Below are positions 51,724 through 63,228 of a stretch of DNA of 64,000 bases, in pieces. Below the pieces are notes generated by a model. That model was not told where the DNA came from. It saw only the letters and a list, made by a program, of their open reading frames with translations, and made no database searches. The position numbers and the translations under genes are program-made. Position 1 is the first letter of the stretch, and the number at the start of each line of letters is the position of its first letter. Source of the stretch: Gammaproteobacteria bacterium (GTDB lineage: Bacteria; Pseudomonadota; Gammaproteobacteria; Ga0077536); the NCBI GenBank assembly GCA_009692265.1, contig SHZM01000001.1, positions 19,363-83,362 of the forward strand, in the 5' to 3' direction.

Positions 51724-54700
51724 ATGTCCGGATCTTCCCCTCTTACCGTGCGCTATCTGGTCGGCGACGCGGCCCTGTCCTCCTTTCGGCTGGCGCGGGT
51801 TCTACTCCGTCTGCGCGAAATAGAACCTCGCCTTGAGCAGTTACAGGCGACTCATATTTATGTCGTCTCAAGCAGTGAGCCGTTAAGCTCCCAGGACACC
51901 GAGCATCTCCAAGCGATTCTAAATTTGCCAACCCTCGCCGCGGTGCCGGCTGCGAACGGATTGTTTGTCGCCGCGCGTGCCGGGACTTTGTCGCCCTGGT
52001 CCAGCAAGGCCACGGACATCGCGCAGAACTGCGGTCTCGGTCGGATCCGGCGAATCGATCGCGTCACTCAGTGGACCTTCGAAGCGGGCGCAGCGGTTAG
52101 GTGGTCAACCTTGGCTGCGCTCCTACACGATCGCATGACCGAAACCGCCCACCTCGACCTTGCAAGTCTGTCGACGCCCCATTCGATGACACCGCGCCCG
52201 CTACGGCGCATTCCGCTGTTGGAACACGGTGATTCCGCCATCGCGGCGCTCAACCTTGAGTTAGGCTTAGCGCTCGCCACAGACGAAATCGAGTACCTTG
52301 CCCGGTGCTATCGCGGGTTCGCACGAAATCCAACAGATGCGGAACTCATGATGTTTGCGCAAGCAAACTCCGAACATTGTCGGCACAAAATATTCAACGC
52401 CGAATGGGAAATCGATCGTGAACCGCGGACCGACAGCTTATTTGACTTGGTCCGCGCAACTCATGCCGCGAATCCGAATCAAGTTCTCTCGGCCTATCGT
52501 GATAACGCAGCTGTTAGCCGCGGGTATCGTGGCGAACGGTGGCTGATCGATCCGCGGACTCGTTGCTACCGCGGGGTTAGCGAAGAAATTGAATTAGTAA
52601 TGAAGGTCGAAACCCATAACCATCCGACGGCTATCTCACCGTTCGCGGGGGCCGCGACTGGCGCGGGCGGTGAGATCCGAGACGAAGGGGCGACCGGCCG
52701 CGGCGCGCGACCCAAGGCTGGACTAACTGGATTCTGTGTCTCGCACCTGCGGATTCCGGGTTTCGAACAGGCGTGGGAAAAGCCCCGACCGCTGAATCCA
52801 CGGTTGGCAAATCCATTGCAGATTATGCTCGACGGACCCCTTGGTGCCGCGGCGTTCAACAACGAATTTGGACGCCCCGCGCTTGCCGGCTATTTTCGAA
52901 CCTTCGAACAGACCGTCGTCAATGGGGGCCATAACGAGCGGCGCGGCTACGATAAACCGATCATGCTCGCTGGCGGCATCGGCAATATTCGCACCGGGCA
53001 TATCGAGAAATTGCGCTTGCCCCCCGGCGCGCAAGTCCTGGTGCTGGGTGGGCCGGCGATGTTGATCGGGCTTGGCGGCGGGGCCGCATCGTCTCAGCGC
53101 GAAGGAATGTCTGATCCCGATCTCGATTTTGCATCAGTCCAACGCGACAACGCTGAAATGGAGCGGCGCGCCCAGGAAGTTATCGACGCCTGCTGGGCGC
53201 TGGGCCCGGAAAATCCGATTTTGTCCGTCCACGATGTCGGCGCAGGCGGCCTTTCTAATGCGATTCCGGAATTGTTACACGACAGCGTGCGGGGTGGGCG
53301 CCTGAATCTACGCGCGATCCCAAGCGCCGATTCGAGCCTGTCGCCACTAGAAATTTGGTGTAACGAAGCGCAGGAACGCTACGTGCTAGGAGTGCTCGCG
53401 GAACGTGTTTCGGAAGTCCTATCGATCTGCGCGCGCGAGCGGTGTCCGAGTGCGGTGATCGGGGAGGTGACCGAAGAAGAGCAGCTAGTGCTGTGGGATC
53501 CACACACACAAGAAGCAGTGATTGATCTGCCGATGGATGTCATTTTCGGCAAGCCTCCGAAAATGAAACGCGCGGCACTCACAAGCGGGCTTGCCGTCTC
53601 TCCAATACCGCAGGTCGCCGTCGAAAAACTTGCAGCGCTGATTCGCCAGGTGCTGCGCTTCCCGGCGGTCGGTGACAAACGATTCCTCATCACCATCGGC
53701 GATCGCACGGTGGGTGGCTTGTCTGTCCGTGATCAAATGGTCGGGCCATGGCAGGTGCCGGTAGCGGATTGCGCGGTCACCGCACTCAGCTTTGGCAGTA
53801 CGGCGGGCGAAGCATTTGCGCTCGGAGAGCGAACGCCCTTGGCGCTGCTGAATTCGGCGGCGAGTGCGCGAATGGCGATCGGCGAGGCGATCACGAATCT
53901 GGCTGCTGCGCGGATTATGGACTTACGCGACGTCGTACTCTCCGCGAATTGGATGACCGCCGCGGGACATCCGGGAGAAGACGCGAAGTTGTTTTCGGCG
54001 GTAGCCGCGACCAGTGCGCTGTGCATCGAGTTGAAGATCTGCATTCCGGTGGGGAAAGACTCCATGTCAATGCGCAGCGTCTGGCAGGACGAAGCTGGTG
54101 AGCACGCAACAACTTCGCCCTTGAGCCTGGTTGTTTCGGCCTTCGCACCAGTGGCGGATACCGAGATGTCCTTAACGCCAGTCTTACAGCGGCGCCGCGA
54201 TACCTCATTGCTGTTTATCGATCTGGCACGCGGCGCTCAGCGGCTGGGTGGCTCGGTGGCGGCACAGGTTCAGGATGCCCTCGGCACGACCACACCGGAC
54301 CTCGACTGCCCGCAGGACCTCGCCGAAAGTTTCGCTGCGATTCAACTCCTCAACGAGGCCGGTTACTTGTTGGCCTACCACGACCGCTCCGACGGTGGCT
54401 TGCTTGTCACCTTGCTGGAGATGGCCTTCGCCGGGCGCTGCGGAATTTCGATCGATTTAACGCCGTTGGGTGGCGAATCACTCGGTGCCCTGTTTTGCGA
54501 AGAGCTTGGGATTGTCGTGCAAGTTGAAACTACGGACGTTCCCGAGGTGTTAGCTCAATTTGGCAAAACGACCGGCCTGATGTCGCATATACACGCCATT
54601 GGAGCCGTGAATGACGACACCGAAATATCGATTGTCTTCCAGAACCAAACGCTCTACCAAGACGATTTATTCGTAGCCCTGGAAGAATGGTCGCAGACAA

Positions 54701-55590
54701 GTTACCGCATCCAAAGCCTACGCGATAACGCCATTTGTGCCGACGAAGAACTCGCGACGATCCTGGATCGCCATGACCCGGGTTTATCACTGCACATCCC
54801 CGAGAGCTTAGACGTTACCCCTCCGATGCTTTCGTTAAGCCGACCTCGAATTGCAGTGCTGCGGGAGCAAGGGGTCAACGGACATCGTGAAATGGCCGCG
54901 GCGTTCACTAAAGCGGGATTCGACGCGATCGATGTCCATATGTCCGATTTAATCAGCGGCGCGGTGACGTTAGCTGCTTTCGAAGGATTGGTAGCGTGTG
55001 GTGGGTTCTCCTATGGCGACGTGTTAGGGGCTGGTGGTGGTTGGGCCAAATCCATTCTCTTTAATGCGGGCGCCTACGATCAGTTCTCGGCATTTTTTGC
55101 GCGCCCGAATACTTTTTCCCTCGGTGTCTGCAACGGCTGTCAGATGTTGTCGCAACTAAAATCGATCATCCCTGGCGCCACCCATTGGCCGCGGTTTATG
55201 CGTAATCGCTCGGAACAGTTCGAAGCGCGCCTCGTCATGGCCGAAGTACTGAAGACCCCTTCGATTTTGTTTGCGGACATGCACGGCCTACAGGCCCCGG
55301 TGGTCGTGGCACACGGGGAAGGGCGACTCGAGTCGGCGGCGACACAAGGCGTCTGTTTGCGCTACGTCGATAATCGTGGACGAGTAGCGGCTTACTATCC
55401 CCATAATCCAAACGGATCGGAAGCTGGTGCAACGGGGGTCACCACCCAAGACGGGCGCGTGACTATTCTGATGCCACATCCGGAACGGGTCTTTTTACGA
55501 CAACAATTCTCGTGGTTGGATCCAACTTGGCGACAGGCGGAATCACCCTGGTTCGGGATTTTCAGAAATGCGCGTCGATTCGTCCACTGA
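51724..55590 (+). CDS. purL: Phosphoribosylformylglycinamidine synthase (single-chain large PurL)
   Basis: ATG at 51724. About 1288 aa with FGAM synthetase and a C-terminal glutaminase domain (GVCNGCQML). Confidence 0.95.
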   Translation: MSGSSPLTVRYLVGDAALSSFRLARVLLRLREIEPRLEQLQATHIYVVSSSEPLSSQDTEHLQAILNLPTLAAVPAANGLFVAARAGTLSPWSSKATDIAQNCGLGRIRRIDRVTQWTFEAGAAVRWSTLAALLHDRMTETAHLDLASLSTPHSMTPRPLRRIPLLEHGDSAIAALNLELGLALATDEIEYLARCYRGFARNPTDAELMMFAQANSEHCRHKIFNAEWEIDREPRTDSLFDLVRATHAANPNQVLSAYRDNAAVSRGYRGERWLIDPRTRCYRGVSEEIELVMKVETHNHPTAISPFAGAATGAGGEIRDEGATGRGARPKAGLTGFCVSHLRIPGFEQAWEKPRPLNPRLANPLQIMLDGPLGAAAFNNEFGRPALAGYFRTFEQTVVNGGHNERRGYDKPIMLAGGIGNIRTGHIEKLRLPPGAQVLVLGGPAMLIGLGGGAASSQREGMSDPDLDFASVQRDNAEMERRAQEVIDACWALGPENPILSVHDVGAGGLSNAIPELLHDSVRGGRLNLRAIPSADSSLSPLEIWCNEAQERYVLGVLAERVSEVLSICARERCPSAVIGEVTEEEQLVLWDPHTQEAVIDLPMDVIFGKPPKMKRAALTSGLAVSPIPQVAVEKLAALIRQVLRFPAVGDKRFLITIGDRTVGGLSVRDQMVGPWQVPVADCAVTALSFGSTAGEAFALGERTPLALLNSAASARMAIGEAITNLAAARIMDLRDVVLSANWMTAAGHPGEDAKLFSAVAATSALCIELKICIPVGKDSMSMRSVWQDEAGEHATTSPLSLVVSAFAPVADTEMSLTPVLQRRRDTSLLFIDLARGAQRLGGSVAAQVQDALGTTTPDLDCPQDLAESFAAIQLLNEAGYLLAYHDRSDGGLLVTLLEMAFAGRCGISIDLTPLGGESLGALFCEELGIVVQVETTDVPEVLAQFGKTTGLMSHIHAIGAVNDDTEISIVFQNQTLYQDDLFVALEEWSQTSYRIQSLRDNAICADEELATILDRHDPGLSLHIPESLDVTPPMLSLSRPRIAVLREQGVNGHREMAAAFTKAGFDAIDVHMSDLISGAVTLAAFEGLVACGGFSYGDVLGAGGGWAKSILFNAGAYDQFSAFFARPNTFSLGVCNGCQMLSQLKSIIPGATHWPRFMRNRSEQFEARLVMAEVLKTPSILFADMHGLQAPVVVAHGEGRLESAATQGVCLRYVDNRGRVAAYYPHNPNGSEAGATGVTTQDGRVTILMPHPERVFLRQQFSWLDPTWRQAESPWFGIFRNARRFVH

Positions 55591-56533
55591 TCGACGATCG
55601 CTCGCCACGAAGATCTCGGCGCCGGCATTCGAAACGGTCGTCGGACACTCGAGCCGCTGGCGGTACCTCGCAAAATTCGGATTAATCCTCCTCGGTCTTA
55701 CCGCACTATTCCTATGGTCGCCAGTGTCATTACCGGCTACCGGATACGCTTGGCTACTGCTTGGTTTCCTGTTCAGCCTATTGTCGTATGTCCTCTATGC
55801 TCTGCGCTTTCGCGTGTCCTTGGCAGCCGTTGGCGTTGCTATGGGATCCCTGCAAACGGTACGACTCAACTCGTTTGCGACGTTTTGCCAATTCTTTGTT
55901 CCACTCTCCGTGGGCGCGGACTTAACCCGTTTCGCGCTGTGCCGGGATCTCGACCCTAAACACCGTGGTTTACGCTGCGCGGGCGGGATAATCGTTGATC
56001 ATTGCACCGGACTCCTGACCGCGCTCCTGATCGGCGCTGCGTTGTCGTACACCGTTATCCCCCCCCTCCCGACTGTCACACAGTACGCGCAGATGATCGT
56101 CGCTGCACTTGGTGTGCTCAGCGTCGTTACAGGAGTTTGGGTTTGGCGAAGGCGCGCACGGCGATCGCACTATCGCCTAGGGATATTGCTGCGCACACGC
56201 TGGCGGAATTTAATGTTGGGAATAGGGTTTTCGCTCGCGATGCAGCTAACGCTTGCCGGCGCCGTGTTTGTGGGGAGCGTCGAGTGGCACAATTCTTTGA
56301 CCTACTCAGAAGTCTTGTGGGTGTTAGCGTGCGGCTCTGTCATGCAACTCGTGCCGATTAATGTCGCCGGAATTACGGTCGGTGACGCCGCCGGTGTAGG
56401 ACTATATGTCGCGCTTGGTTTAGCGATGGCGGAGGCGTTGCAGCTAGTTGCGCTGTTTTATGTGTATCGACTCTCGGTCGCGATAATCGGCGGCCTGTGG
56501 CAATTAATACCGGAGCGGCCAAAGTCCAGATAA
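55568..56533 (+). CDS. Lysylphosphatidylglycerol-synthase-TM-like (UPF0104 flippase-like) integral membrane protein
   Basis: 321 aa with about eight predicted TM helices. Typical of the LPG_synthase_TM family. Confidence 0.55.
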   Translation: MRVDSSTDRRSLATKISAPAFETVVGHSSRWRYLAKFGLILLGLTALFLWSPVSLPATGYAWLLLGFLFSLLSYVLYALRFRVSLAAVGVAMGSLQTVRLNSFATFCQFFVPLSVGADLTRFALCRDLDPKHRGLRCAGGIIVDHCTGLLTALLIGAALSYTVIPPLPTVTQYAQMIVAALGVLSVVTGVWVWRRRARRSHYRLGILLRTRWRNLMLGIGFSLAMQLTLAGAVFVGSVEWHNSLTYSEVLWVLACGSVMQLVPINVAGITVGDAAGVGLYVALGLAMAEALQLVALFYVYRLSVAIIGGLWQLIPERPKSR

Positions 56534-56538
56534 TCGGA

Positions 56539-57768
56539 CTAACGAAATATTGTCGCGTGTAGTTTCGACTCGCGCGTGAAGGCGTTGGGGATCAGTCGGG
56601 TGAGCCAGTTAATTGGCGCGCTGGTGCTCATGCAATAAATCGAGACTGGCTCGACGGTAGCCCCGACTAAGACTTTCGCTTCATACGAGCCTAGACCAAG
56701 CTGGATATAACGGCTCTGGCGCTCGATCCCGAGTCGAATGACTTCATTGATTAGTACAAACCATTCTTTACCAGGTTTGCCGGGCTCGCGTCCGAAGTAG
56801 GTCGCAATTGTGGTGGCGTCATCCAGTAGCACCAAGCCATGCGCAATAGGGCGGCCGTCTCGCTCGACAGCGAGCATCAAGCTGTTAGTCCCGAGAAAGT
56901 GCGCCATGTTCGCGTAGTAATCGGCGGTGAGTGCTTCGCGTTTAAAGCCTTTGGCGCTGTCGAAGACAGTTGCAGCTTGGCGCGCCCAGTGCACCGCATT
57001 AGCGCCGAATTCAACAACGCGCTTGACTTTCTGGCCGCTTGCCGCAGCCCGCGCCAAGCGGCGCTTAATATCCTTCCGATAACGCGCGCGCATGCTCGCG
57101 AGATACTCGTCATAGGATTTCCAACGCACTTCGATTCGCGCCAATGGCAAGTTACAGACGCGGCGGAACCCGTGACCCTGCAGGACATCGAAGCGCGATC
57201 GATCCTGGTTCAGAAAATCCCGGATTACGACAATGGCGCTGCGCTGCGCATAGGCGATATCAGCCGCTGCGTCCGCGAGCTTTAGTAATAATCGATGTTG
57301 ATTCTCCCCCTCGCGTATCGAAATGGAGTGCCCAACCATTAAAGGCGAGGCGCATTCAGTGATCAGCGCTTGCAAGAAGCGCGGCCATAGATATCGACCG
57401 GCACGTACCAGGCCTTGGAGGAAGTTGGGCAGTAATTGAGCGAAATCTGTTGTTATGGTGTACACACAGGCATGCGCGACAATTTGATTGTCATGGTCAA
57501 AAACTACTGGATAGAAAAATTGGCAATCATGGATCGCGGCAGCTTCCACCGCGGCCAGGTAGGCGTGCGAGCGAGGTAATGCATCAAGCCCGATGATCGC
57601 GTCCCATCGCACCGAATCAATATCGTGAATCGAGGTCAGAATCAGCGTGCGAAATGCCGGATCGCGTGGTGCTCGCCGACGAGGCGGCGCGCTGAGTGGG
57701 CGCGCCGTTAGCGCACTTCGCGGACGGGTCGAGAACCCCCATTTCCAGCCCGATGCTTTAGACCACAT
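56539..57768 (-). CDS. FemAB-like/DUF482 GNAT-fold acyltransferase (BioF2-like)
   Basis: 409 aa. The overall pattern (ILTSIHDIDSVRWDA...) matches FemAB-like N-acyltransferases. The N-terminal start is uncertain. Confidence 0.5.
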   Translation of the reverse strand: MWSKASGWKWGFSTRPRSALTARPLSAPPRRRAPRDPAFRTLILTSIHDIDSVRWDAIIGLDALPRSHAYLAAVEAAAIHDCQFFYPVVFDHDNQIVAHACVYTITTDFAQLLPNFLQGLVRAGRYLWPRFLQALITECASPLMVGHSISIREGENQHRLLLKLADAAADIAYAQRSAIVVIRDFLNQDRSRFDVLQGHGFRRVCNLPLARIEVRWKSYDEYLASMRARYRKDIKRRLARAAASGQKVKRVVEFGANAVHWARQAATVFDSAKGFKREALTADYYANMAHFLGTNSLMLAVERDGRPIAHGLVLLDDATTIATYFGREPGKPGKEWFVLINEVIRLGIERQSRYIQLGLGSYEAKVLVGATVEPVSIYCMSTSAPINWLTRLIPNAFTRESKLHATIFR

Positions 57769-57933
57769 TGCGGCGGCCGCGTCGCGGCACTAGCGCTGCG
57801 ACGACACAAATTTGAAAAAGCTTCTTAATGTACATCCCTGGGAGCTTAGCATGAGTCAATCAGTTTACTGTCGCGCGAGTACTGAGTTCAGAGCCACTAG
57901 AAAAGCTGTTACATTTCTCGCCACACCAAAAAT

Positions 57934-58533
57934 TTGAACAGGATTAATCGAGTGGACCCAGAGCGTAACGGCAAAAATTCACGTCAACGCGCAGGACGGA
58001 ATCGAGAAGTCAGCGCCGATGAACGCGACTTATTCCGACAAGCGCTGGCCGGTGTGCGACCTCTCCAGGTTGATACCGTGCCGTTACGCCCGTTAGCACC
58101 GCGAGTGCCAGTGCGGCCTTCTCACGCAAGCGTGAGTGACAACGCTCTCGCGAGCTTGCGCGACCCGTCGGTCAACGAACTCGACCACACTGATCACCTT
58201 AGTTTCAAACGGGTTGGCTTACGCCCAACCGATATGCGCAAACTCAAGCGAGGCCAATTCCCCTGTCAGGGTGAACTCGATCTGCATGGGCGAACGGCGA
58301 CCGAAGCCAAGTCACTGCTCCTGGATTTCTTGCGTGTTTGTCGCGATCGCGGCTTACGTTGCGTTCGCATTGTGCATGGCAAGGGCTATCGCTCGCCGAA
58401 TCAGCAAGCGGTGCTTAAGCCTAATATCGCGCACTGGCTTGCACAACGCGAAGAGGTTGTTGCCTATACCAGTGCACTGCCCATGGATGGTGGAACGGGT
58501 GCCCTCTACGTCTTACTCAACCGCCTCTACTGA
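57934..58533 (+). CDS. smrA: Smr-domain endonuclease (SmrA-like)
   Basis: The C-terminal Smr domain ELDLHGRTATEAKSLLLDFL...VRIVHGKG aligns with E. coli SmrA. The start is non-ATG (TTG at 57934). Confidence 0.65.
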   Translation: MNRINRVDPERNGKNSRQRAGRNREVSADERDLFRQALAGVRPLQVDTVPLRPLAPRVPVRPSHASVSDNALASLRDPSVNELDHTDHLSFKRVGLRPTDMRKLKRGQFPCQGELDLHGRTATEAKSLLLDFLRVCRDRGLRCVRIVHGKGYRSPNQQAVLKPNIAHWLAQREEVVAYTSALPMDGGTGALYVLLNRLY

Positions 58534-58543
58534 AAATGGAGCG

Positions 58544-59395
58544 ATGACTTTTCCTAACACCCTACGGCTCGCATCCAACGATGGCGCAAGTGCGGACATT
58601 TCCCTGTTTGGCGGGCAGGTGCTGTCGTGGCAAACGTCGGACGGGCGTGCAGGTTTATTCTTAAGCAAGCTCGCGTCCCACGGCACTGGTGCCCCAATCC
58701 GTGGCGGCATCCCAATAGTTTTTCCGCAGTTCTCCGATTTCGGACCATTACAAAAACATGGATTTGCACGAGTTCAGCAGTGGACCTTGATGGATCGTTC
58801 GCGTGCAGTCGAGGGGGAGACCGCGCGGTTGAGGATGACTCATACGGCTGCGACAACACCGGCTTGGTCGCATGACTGTACGCTGGAAGTTGCTGTGACT
58901 GTGGGCGGTTGTGCGCTGGCCGTCGCACTGTGCGTGCAAAACACCGGAAACTCCGCGTTCCAATTTACCTCGGCGTTGCATACTTACCTCGCAATCGACG
59001 ATATCGACGCGATCACGATAGAAGGCCTCGGCGGACAACCCTATGCCGATACCACGGCTGCCGGTGCTCTGGGTGTGGAGCAGGCGTTCAATATGAAAGT
59101 CCGCGGCGAGATCGATCGAATCTATCGTGGAGTCGCTGAGCCCGTGATAATCAGGGAACAGGATCGAGAAACCGTGGTTGCAGCAACGGGATTTCCGGAG
59201 GTCGTAATCTGGAATCCGGGCGCGATTCGTGGGGCCGCACTGGTAGATCTTGAACCCGACGGGTATCGCCGGATGTTGTGCGTGGAGGCTGCCGCGATTC
59301 AGATCCCTATCGCCCTTGAACCGACCCAGGTTTGGCAGGGGTGCCAGACTATTCGGACCTACCCTAGTGTCGACAAACGAGGAGACGGGCAATGA
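58544..59395 (+). CDS. D-hexose-6-phosphate mutarotase (aldose 1-epimerase family, YeaD-like)
   Basis: ATG at 58544 after GGAG gives 283 aa with the aldose-epimerase fold (GGIPIVFPQF, ...HTYL). The longer track ORF from 58136 overlaps smrA. Confidence 0.75.
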   Translation: MTFPNTLRLASNDGASADISLFGGQVLSWQTSDGRAGLFLSKLASHGTGAPIRGGIPIVFPQFSDFGPLQKHGFARVQQWTLMDRSRAVEGETARLRMTHTAATTPAWSHDCTLEVAVTVGGCALAVALCVQNTGNSAFQFTSALHTYLAIDDIDAITIEGLGGQPYADTTAAGALGVEQAFNMKVRGEIDRIYRGVAEPVIIREQDRETVVAATGFPEVVIWNPGAIRGAALVDLEPDGYRRMLCVEAAAIQIPIALEPTQVWQGCQTIRTYPSVDKRGDGQ

Positions 59396-59574
59396 AGTGG
59401 ATCCTGTGGGTGATAGCGGTGACGGCTAATGGCAATCATATCGCTATCGACAAGACTGAATTTTCGACCCAGGTTAGTTGTGAAGCCGCGGCATCGCAAG
59501 TGCAGGGAGTCAATAATACTGCGATAGGTTCAACCGCACGGATTGAGGCAGCCTGCCTACGTGGTGCGCCGTAA
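59392..59574 (+). CDS. Small hypothetical protein (60 aa) with an N-terminal hydrophobic segment
   Basis: ATGA overlap with the upstream stop suggests coupling. No family recognised. Confidence 0.35.
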   Translation: MKWILWVIAVTANGNHIAIDKTEFSTQVSCEAAASQVQGVNNTAIGSTARIEAACLRGAP

Positions 59575-59602
59575 GCCGGAGTTTCAGCAGCCGTTTCTAG
59601 AT

Positions 59603-60046
59603 CTAAAGCTTCGCGGTCGCGATTGTGTCGCCCGAGTTGTCCAGCAACAATTCAACTTCGTGCGCGATCCGCGCACAGGCGTTCGTGGACGTCATTACCT
59701 GCAACCGTAAATCCCAGCCCGGGCTTTGCCCTTCAGCGGTAGTCACTGCCGCTTCGTTCAGGTAGCGGCACTCTTCTGCCATGCGGGACTCGGCTGCCGT
59801 CAAGGTCGGATCTAAATCTGATTCCCCCTCGATCTCAAGGTCGGCCGAGCGATCGAGCACCCGACTGGCAATGCGACTTTGATACATGAAGACAGCCTCA
59901 GCCCGGCTGTCATACTTGCGCGATGCATCGCTTAACATTTCAGGCGACGTGGCGACGGTTGCGCAGCCCGAAAGCGTAACTCCGACGACACTTACAATCA
60001 TTGCCAAGGTAGTAGGTTTTAAAAGCACTGTTGTTGCCTTGTTCAT
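59603..60046 (-). CDS. Lipoprotein (lipobox LSGC), function unknown
   Basis: ATG at 60046 gives MNKATTVLLKPTTLAMIVSVVGVTLSG|C. Confidence 0.6.
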   Translation of the reverse strand: MNKATTVLLKPTTLAMIVSVVGVTLSGCATVATSPEMLSDASRKYDSRAEAVFMYQSRIASRVLDRSADLEIEGESDLDPTLTAAESRMAEECRYLNEAAVTTAEGQSPGWDLRLQVMTSTNACARIAHEVELLLDNSGDTIATAKL

Positions 60047-60367
60047 GGGTGGCCCTGCGCTCCCGGGCACCGCGGCCCGTAGTAGTGATATTTGTAGACG
60101 TAAAAGCGGTAGGGTGCTAGGAAACTTGAGATGTATTCCCGAAAAATTTCCAGGAATCACCGAGGCTGTGATCCGCGTCACACGCGTCAGTGGAACTTGA
60201 CCCGGAGGGTCAGCGACCGATCAGCTTAAGGGCACCTCCAAAAATTGTCTTTTTGCACAATTGCGGCGTTGCGGCACTTCCTGCGATGCCCATTAACTTG
60301 CTGTGTTCACTGCGCTTCTCGGAAGTACCGCGCCTTGTCATAGGCTCCCGGGATGGGGGAAACGAAT

Positions 60368-60850
60368 TCACCGCGGCGGGAGGTTTTCAATCAGCGCGAC
60401 GGCAGTCGCGGCGATTCCTTCAGCGCGACCGGTAAACCCCATTGACTCGGTAGTCGTACCTTTAATGCTGACTTGCTCGCGGGCGAGGTTGAGATCCTCA
60501 GCGATGCGCGTACACATTAGCGTCGCGTGCGGGGCGATCCGCGGCCTTTCGCAGATCACCGTCGCATCGATGTTGGAAATGCCATAACCTGCCTTGACGA
60601 TTAACTCACCGACTCGTCGCAATAAAATGCGACTGTCGATCCCTTTGAATTCCTGGCTGGAGTCCGGGAAATGCTTGCCAATGTCACCCAACCCCGCGGC
60701 ACCCAGCAACGCGTCGCAAATCGCGTGAATCAATACATCGCCGTCTGAATGCGCCGCGAGCCCGCGTTCGAATGGAATTGTGACCCCGCCTAGGACGACG
60801 TGATCTCCGCCGCGAAATTTGTGCGCATCTATGCCTTGGCCTATTCGCAT
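60368..60850 (-). CDS. ispF: 2-C-methyl-D-erythritol 2,4-cyclodiphosphate synthase
   Basis: MRIGQGIDAHKF...HSDGDV motifs. Confidence 0.93.
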   Translation of the reverse strand: MRIGQGIDAHKFRGGDHVVLGGVTIPFERGLAAHSDGDVLIHAICDALLGAAGLGDIGKHFPDSSQEFKGIDSRILLRRVGELIVKAGYGISNIDATVICERPRIAPHATLMCTRIAEDLNLAREQVSIKGTTTESMGFTGRAEGIAATAVALIENLPPR

Positions 60851-61584
60851 ACACTTTCTCCACCGCCGCTGCCTTGCTGAACGCGCAGTATCAATGCGGC
60901 CATAGCGAGATCTTCAGGTCGCGTTATTTTCAAATTATCACCGTGGCCTTCAATCACGCGCGGGATTTCCCCCAAACCCTCGATTGCTTGCGCTTCGTCG
61001 GTAACCACAGCACCTTGCGCGATCGCCTGGGTTAAGGCACTGCGCAATAATCCGTACCGAAACATCTGTGGAGTTAGCGCATGCCACAAGTACGCGCGCT
61101 CGACCGTCGCTTCGATAGTACCGTTCGGCTGGCACCGCTTCAGCGTATCCCGCACCGGTACGCCTAAGATACCGCCGCAGGCCGAGTCCTGCAGAGAATC
61201 GAGCAATAGATCGATATCCACGGCGCGCAAACACGGGCGGGCAGCATCGTGAACCATGACCCAGTCTTGGGCCTCACACTCGTGGCTAAGAGCCAGCAAA
61301 GCATTCAGCACAGAATGGCAACGTTCGGCACCGCCCAGGGTATTCCTAACTGCGCTCGACATGGTTATCCGCGATGCGAGCGCAGGCCACCATTCGTCGT
61401 CGGCACTGATCGCGACCATGACGCCGTTAATTCGTGGATGGGAGGAAAAGCGCTCAAGGGTATGCTCGAGTACCGTTTTTCCCAATAACTGCAGATACTG
61501 CTTTGGAATGTCCGCGCGCATCCGCGAACCCTTGCCCGCAGCCGGAATGATCGCCCAGATCCGCGGCGAAAGTCTCGCGCTCAC
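60841..61584 (-). CDS. ispD: 2-C-methyl-D-erythritol 4-phosphate cytidylyltransferase
   Basis: AIIPAAGKGSRM...VHDAARPC. Confidence 0.92.
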   Translation of the reverse strand: MSARLSPRIWAIIPAAGKGSRMRADIPKQYLQLLGKTVLEHTLERFSSHPRINGVMVAISADDEWWPALASRITMSSAVRNTLGGAERCHSVLNALLALSHECEAQDWVMVHDAARPCLRAVDIDLLLDSLQDSACGGILGVPVRDTLKRCQPNGTIEATVERAYLWHALTPQMFRYGLLRSALTQAIAQGAVVTDEAQAIEGLGEIPRVIEGHGDNLKITRPEDLAMAALILRVQQGSGGGESVCE

Positions 61585-61608
61585 GGCGTTCCGCCAAGGC
61601 TACCCAGG

Positions 61609-61926
61609 CTACTCTTCATCCGCGTGCTTAGTTTCATTAGTTGCAGTGTCCGGTGCTAGCTCGAGAATTTGGTAGAAGATCTCGCCTTCCTTCACCATCC
61701 CCATTTCGCTGCGGGCGATTTCTTCAACCGCGTCTAAGCCTTCCTTGAGATCCATGACCTCGGCAGCTAATTTGCTATTGCGCAATCGCAATTTTTCGAG
61801 TGTCTGTTCCTGCTCCGTAATCTGCGCTTCGAGTTTCCATACGTCACGCTTGCCGCCTTTCCCGAACCACCATGTCACTTGCAAACCCAGTAGTAGCGCA
61901 AGAAGGAGGCCGAGCAGAATCCGCAT
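61609..61926 (-). CDS. ftsB: Cell division protein FtsB
   Basis: N-terminal TM segment plus coiled coil. Conserved position between eno and ispD. Confidence 0.85.
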   Translation of the reverse strand: MRILLGLLLALLLGLQVTWWFGKGGKRDVWKLEAQITEQEQTLEKLRLRNSKLAAEVMDLKEGLDAVEEIARSEMGMVKEGEIFYQILELAPDTATNETKHADEE

Positions 61927-61929
61927 CGG

Positions 61930-63213
<1,284 letters not shown>

Positions 63214-63228
63214 TTAAGCCTCTTAAGG

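Noticed and set aside
58136-58543. Upstream extension of the yeaD-like ORF overlapping smrA
   Set aside because: It overlaps the smrA coding sequence in another frame. A proper ATG with RBS is at 58544.
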